The notes below the pieces were generated by a model. It was not told the DNA's origin. It did not search any database and saw nothing but the letters and a program-made list of their open reading frames with translations. A stretch of DNA of 63,296 nt, filler included, from Choristocarpus tenellus KU-1152 (Eukaryota; Protista; Phaeophyceae), in the NCBI GenBank assembly GCA_964200185.2. It is 12 parts of 12 records of this genome, joined end to end, with 100 filler letters (N's around TTAATTAATTAA, not from the genome) between each part and the next. Parts side by side here need not be neighbours in the genome. Positions count along the whole stretch, not along the records: positions 49,701 to 59,942 come from CAXNAD020003052.1; positions 60,043 to 63,296 come from CAXNAD020021241.1; 10 more parts are not named here. The stretch is one strand, 5' to 3'. The position numbers were made by a program, and so were the translations under genes. Of this stretch, positions 58,992 through 63,296 are shown in pieces (position 1 is the first letter of the stretch; each line of letters begins with the position of its first letter).

Positions 58992-59715
58992 CATCTTCTA
59001 TTAGGGGTTAGGACCATTGTTTGGTCTCTTACCGCTCAGCACCACACGTCATAGCACATAGTATATGTTTGTGTTGAGAAGAGCTATTGAGGCGGCGAGT
59101 GGGCCCTGCTATAGAACCAGTCAGCTCTACTTACACAGATGTTCTTGGGAATCAGCATAGAGAGAGTTACGTTACTGAGAAGTTGATTGGTTTGATGGGT
59201 GCTCACCTTTTATCTTAATCAGGACTCACCTTGAAGCATGAGGACAAGAAAACGGAGGGACACTGAACCGTAAGAAAAACGCCAGAAATCTGTCCACCTC
59301 ATCCTCTCTGAATAACATACATTATATATGCGATGCATGGAAGGTTGCTGCAACCCTCGAGGAGAGGGGTATGCGAGAAGTCAAAAGTCGCTCAAAATCT
59401 CTCTGGTGTTCAATCGTTCTGTTCCATGCAAACCTCACCAGTACACTTCAAAACAATGACAACAAAATTGTGTGTTGGGCCCAGGGATCCAGAGTATCTT
59501 GTACATCTCAATTAGAAGGGACACGAATTCCTTTCAGTCCATGTGAACCTCACATATTCAAAGGAATACAAGGTGAAGTGTGTAACCATACTGGGGAATA
59601 TCTTGCAGGATGATTAGGGGAGTCTGATATGACATATGGGAGTTTGGCAGGGTAGTTGGGACTTCATGTGCATACTGTGGTGCGAGTCGGGAGACAGTGC
59701 AATACATTCATGTGA

Positions 59716-59884
59716 GGGTCAAAGTGTCTGGGGAGGGTGGCGGTTGTCCATTTGGGATCAATTTCTTCATATCGCGATTTTTGGGTGATTTGGTTCCATA
59801 CGTTGGATGGATAATGAAAGTGTACTTTTCTTGGTTTGGGTCCAAATGGACATTCTGGTGTAGACCCTCCCCCCCCCCCCCCCA
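59716..59884 (+). mobile_element. MITE subfamily B copy
   Basis: Collinear with 6634-6814: GGGTCAAAGTGTCTGGGGAGGGTGGCGG...GGATGGATAATG...CCAAATGGAC...TGGTGTAGACCC. Confidence 0.82.
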
Positions 59885-60829
59885 CCTTTTGTTCGCGGGG
59901 GGGGGGGTGCGGCACCCCCAGTGTGGGGGAGATTTTTTTTTGNNNNNNNNNNNNNNNNNNNNNNNNNNNNNNNNNNNNNNNNNNNNTTAATTAATTAANN
60001 NNNNNNNNNNNNNNNNNNNNNNNNNNNNNNNNNNNNNNNNNNTATCATGAATAAGCACGCCCCTTTCTGATTTTTTTTCTGATCTGGCCCAGTGGGGAAA
60101 TCCCCCCCCCCCCCCCCCAGATACGTTTGGTCATGACCTTGAAGTTACATATTTGTACTTCTTGACTATTTATATATTATTTGGTCATTATAGTCCCCGA
60201 TTATGATAAGACATCGTAGACCAGTTCCTTTTTATATGATGATATTGATGATAACCCAAGGGAGAGACCCGGCATACTTGCCGACTTCTGCATCATCAGG
60301 AGTCCTATACGTGCATCAGAATCATCTATAGGCCTGTAGATTGGAGCTATACACCCTGTGGAGGTAAGCTTATGGGGCGTGCTGTTGTCGCACATTCTGC
60401 TGCAATATTTTTACGTTGTGTGATTGATTTGATTGGTTGACGCTGAATGCACCAATCCTCGGACATTTGTCAGGTGTGTCTCATAGAAAACCAAAATCCA
60501 ACATTCTCGGACCTGTCGTCACACAAGAGAAAGGTAAATACAAAAGATGACAGAGAGAAAAAAAAAGAGGGAAATAAACACTCGTATACTTGCATGAATA
60601 AATGTGTATATTCTATTACAAGATGCAGAGAGAAGAGGTAGAATGCAAAGATACAGAGAAAAGCATACAGAAAAAATAGAAAAGTGATAAAAATATATTC
60701 AAAATCCATCAACACACAAATACTGGAAAGAAGGAAGGATAGAAAATCTAACGCACATAATAATAGAAAAAGAGGAAGACACAACATTCGCATGATCATC
60801 GCAATTCAAACCTCTCCGCAACAAGTAGT

Positions 60830-61200
60830 GCCACATGTGTCTGGTGAATGTGTGACACTTTTTTTCCGCAGCGAACTGGGCATGTTTTTACCTCCTTAAT
60901 ATGCCAAGACGCCCATGAAGTGTTTGACTGCATCCTCCTCACACCTATGGCATCAGCTTGAATCTTCCGCAAAAACGTATAACCACACTTTTCAACTGGT
61001 GAGATATCAAAACACTCAAAGCCATCTTGGAGGCCTCATGACCAGTTCTTCTCCAGTCCTTCCATTTCCCCTTCTGTTCCACTCACTACACATGACACAT
61101 GTTCCAAATTTGTATCTCAGCTTCATCTCCACGCGAAATAGGAACGTCCACCAGAATCATCCCCCCTTACTAGGAACTCTTCCCTCATATCACAGTGATT
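60830..61200 (-). mobile_element. Decayed RTE-type LINE 3' fragment
   Basis: GLEKNWS*GLQDGFECFDI followed by EDAVKHFM..WH resembles the C-terminal G.EK.W..C..DD...F.I...A..FM..W pattern of algal RTE-like LINEs. Confidence 0.45.
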
Positions 61201-61987
61201 GACCTTGGATTATTCAAACATCACTTAGTGTGACCCAAGTAGCAAAAAAGGATGAGAATTAGAGTTTGGGAACATCATATATTTATGTATGTGTATGTAT
61301 TTGATGTGGTAAGATGCTAAATATACGTATGGAAGCATGTATAACGTATGAGAGTTGCTGATATGTATCCCACGAATGATACTTTAATACGCCTCGCAAG
61401 GGGTGGAACCCCCCTTTTTGTAATGTTGGTGGTTCTATTTCGTCTTCTAAGTTTGTTCATTTTCAGTGCATCGATGCCGTGTGTGCGCTTATACAACGTA
61501 CCAGACAGAGAAGAAGGCTTCTGCTCGTCGTGCGTCTGTATATATATATATATACGTGTAAGTATGACGACAACCCTATACCATGTAGGTATGATGGGGT
61601 GACCCTGTGTATTTTCAATGTTAGGTGTCTGGTGGGATGGAAGGATCGTATTGTTTGTTGAATCATAGTACTTCAAAATGCCAAAACCCCCTACAAATTT
61701 GACCAAAAAGTGGGCAGAAACAGGTAGGTGAGGTGGAGAATAGATTAAGAGTGTTGTACTTGTGAATATGGGGGTGAGAATGGGTCTTGGGACGATTTTA
61801 GTAGGAGTGTGTTGTTGTGACAGAAACCCTAATCCAGTTTAATTCCACTATATCCGATCTTGACCGAAAATGACACATATATACCTGTTCTTGTCCGCTA
61901 CCCAAAACTACTCGTAGTCAAACATTTTTGAATGTCTCTCTCAATTTGTAGTTCTATGTTAAATTTGTGCTTGTTGTCATGTCTAGT

Positions 61988-63296
61988 ATGTCTCCGCCAA
62001 GAGATGGTGAAGGTGTGTTACTCTATTACAAGTACATTCCCATAGGAGAAGAATGGAGGTCCTCTATTCAAGCCTGGTATGAGCTAGTGTGCCGTCAAGG
62101 CAGACTCAGGGGCAGGTGCGACTAGAGCAGGATCTCAAATAGTCCTGGCAAGGTAGAATCATCTCCGGTTTTACTAGAGTAAGGCCAGTCTACGTTACTA
62201 ACCCAGGAAACGTTCCACCTCCCACCAAATGGAAAAAAACCCTATTTCCATTGGTTGGGGGTTCTGTGGTTCATACCTCTACGATACATCAGAGTGCGAG
62301 TGGCTCTGGATGGGGTTAATTGCACACTTGGGGGGAAGCAGGAAGCTCTCCAGCAGCATATCGTCGATGTTTGCGCCCACCCTGTGATCCAGGGCAGTGA
62401 TATCGATTTCAAATTATCTGACTCACCTGGCGCCAGAAACAAAAAGGTGTGCAGTCTTAGGAAAGGTCTAGCCATCGCAAAGACAATGTCGTTGCCCAGT
62501 AACCAGTTGGTGTTGTCCTTAGAGGGATCGCGGAATAATATCGTTGCCTTCAAACCCATGTCGGTCAAGTTTGCTGCACCGTGCTTACTCCCCAACAGGA
62601 TGTTCCTGCTCATTAGGGTTATGTTAGTTTCTTGGTATCATTGTCTATATCACCCTAACCCCGACTTATTTGTACCAATTTTGACTCTGCACGCCCCTCT
62701 ATTGTTTTGTATGGATTACTTTATTTGCCCATCGCTATCAGTTATAACCTGGTCCCATTTATATCCACATACTTATCTAATTCTGGAGACAATTAATGTT
62801 TGTATTAATCTTTTTCTTGTTGAATCACTGGGTGGAATTCTTGTTTGCTCCGTCATAGGCTTCAGTCGAGTCTGGATTTACGGGCCTGTCAGTGAAGGCA
62901 GTCAAGGAGGTGGTTAGCCTGGGAGAACAGGTAAATATATTTAAGTAGAATATTCTGCAGTGAATGCAAACATCTGACAGCCATCTTCCTTTTTCCACTT
63001 TCAGGGCAAGGGCCTCTCCCCAAGACATGGTGCCCCTCATGTTAGTCCTTTGGAGTTCCACCGTCTATTGACAGTGGCACAGCAGAAAGCCCAATCTACT
63101 CCACAGAGGTTAGAGCAATGTCAGATGATAACCACTGGCATGGGGGGTGATAGACTAGGTTCTGAAGCTGGAGGATTGGCAAATGTGGTAATTACGAGTG
63201 AGTTCCTTAAGAGCAAGGTTCTGACCAATGAGCATGTTGAAGACCCTGGATGGGTGTGCCAGAACCAAAGGAAGGACAGGGGGGTGGGTGGGGAGG
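61988..63296 (+). CDS. TSTD2: TSTD2/TrhO(YceA)-like rhodanese-domain protein, 5' part
   Basis: Exons 61988-62115, 62293-62446, 62859-62930 and 63005->63296. Motifs GVLLYYKY, LRGRVRVALDGVNCTLGG, DIDFKLS, FTGLSVKAVKEVVSLG and HVSPLEFHRLL correspond to the TrhO N-terminal domain and the start of the rhodanese domain. Confidence 0.88.

Noticed and set aside
60201-60395. Possible terminal exon on the minus strand
   Set aside because: It has an acceptor-like CAG but no recognisable motif or upstream exon.

Overview
Intron-rich eukaryotic DNA at roughly 40-55% GC, most likely a brown alga or related stramenopile. That assignment is inferred from gene style, (CCCTAA)n tracts and an Ectocarpus-type GDPH...GILGET domain. 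The window is not one locus: it is 12 small contigs joined by 11 identical 100-bp spacers (N44-TTAATTAATTAA-N44), so adjacency across gaps carries no meaning. The ORF track is mostly noise, and the real genes were rebuilt by hand from splice sites. One gene is complete: a secreted CAP (PR-1/SCP) protein fused to a GDPH/vWD-root-cap-like domain (about 480 aa). Partial genes are an SH3 protein, UVSSA, a Kelch-repeat protein, a neurobeachin/NBEAL-like BEACH protein, a WD40 protein, DGAT2, a RecQ helicase with two GC-AG introns, a small SET-domain protein and a TSTD2/TrhO-like rhodanese. Also present are a cathepsin B pseudogene, tRNA-Glu(CTC) and tRNA-Gln(CTG). Mobile DNA includes decayed copia, gypsy and LINE relics, a frameshifted bacterial ISNCY-type transposase fragment, and a decayed intron-containing Sola2-type transposase. 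The Sola2 gene sits beside a hairpin-repeat array, and about 15 copies or ends of two related MITE subfamilies (GR-xx-CAAAGTATCT termini, 4-bp TSDs) are scattered through the window. This putative Sola2/MITE system is the most coherent uncharacterised signal. All family assignments come from motif recognition by eye; no database search was run.
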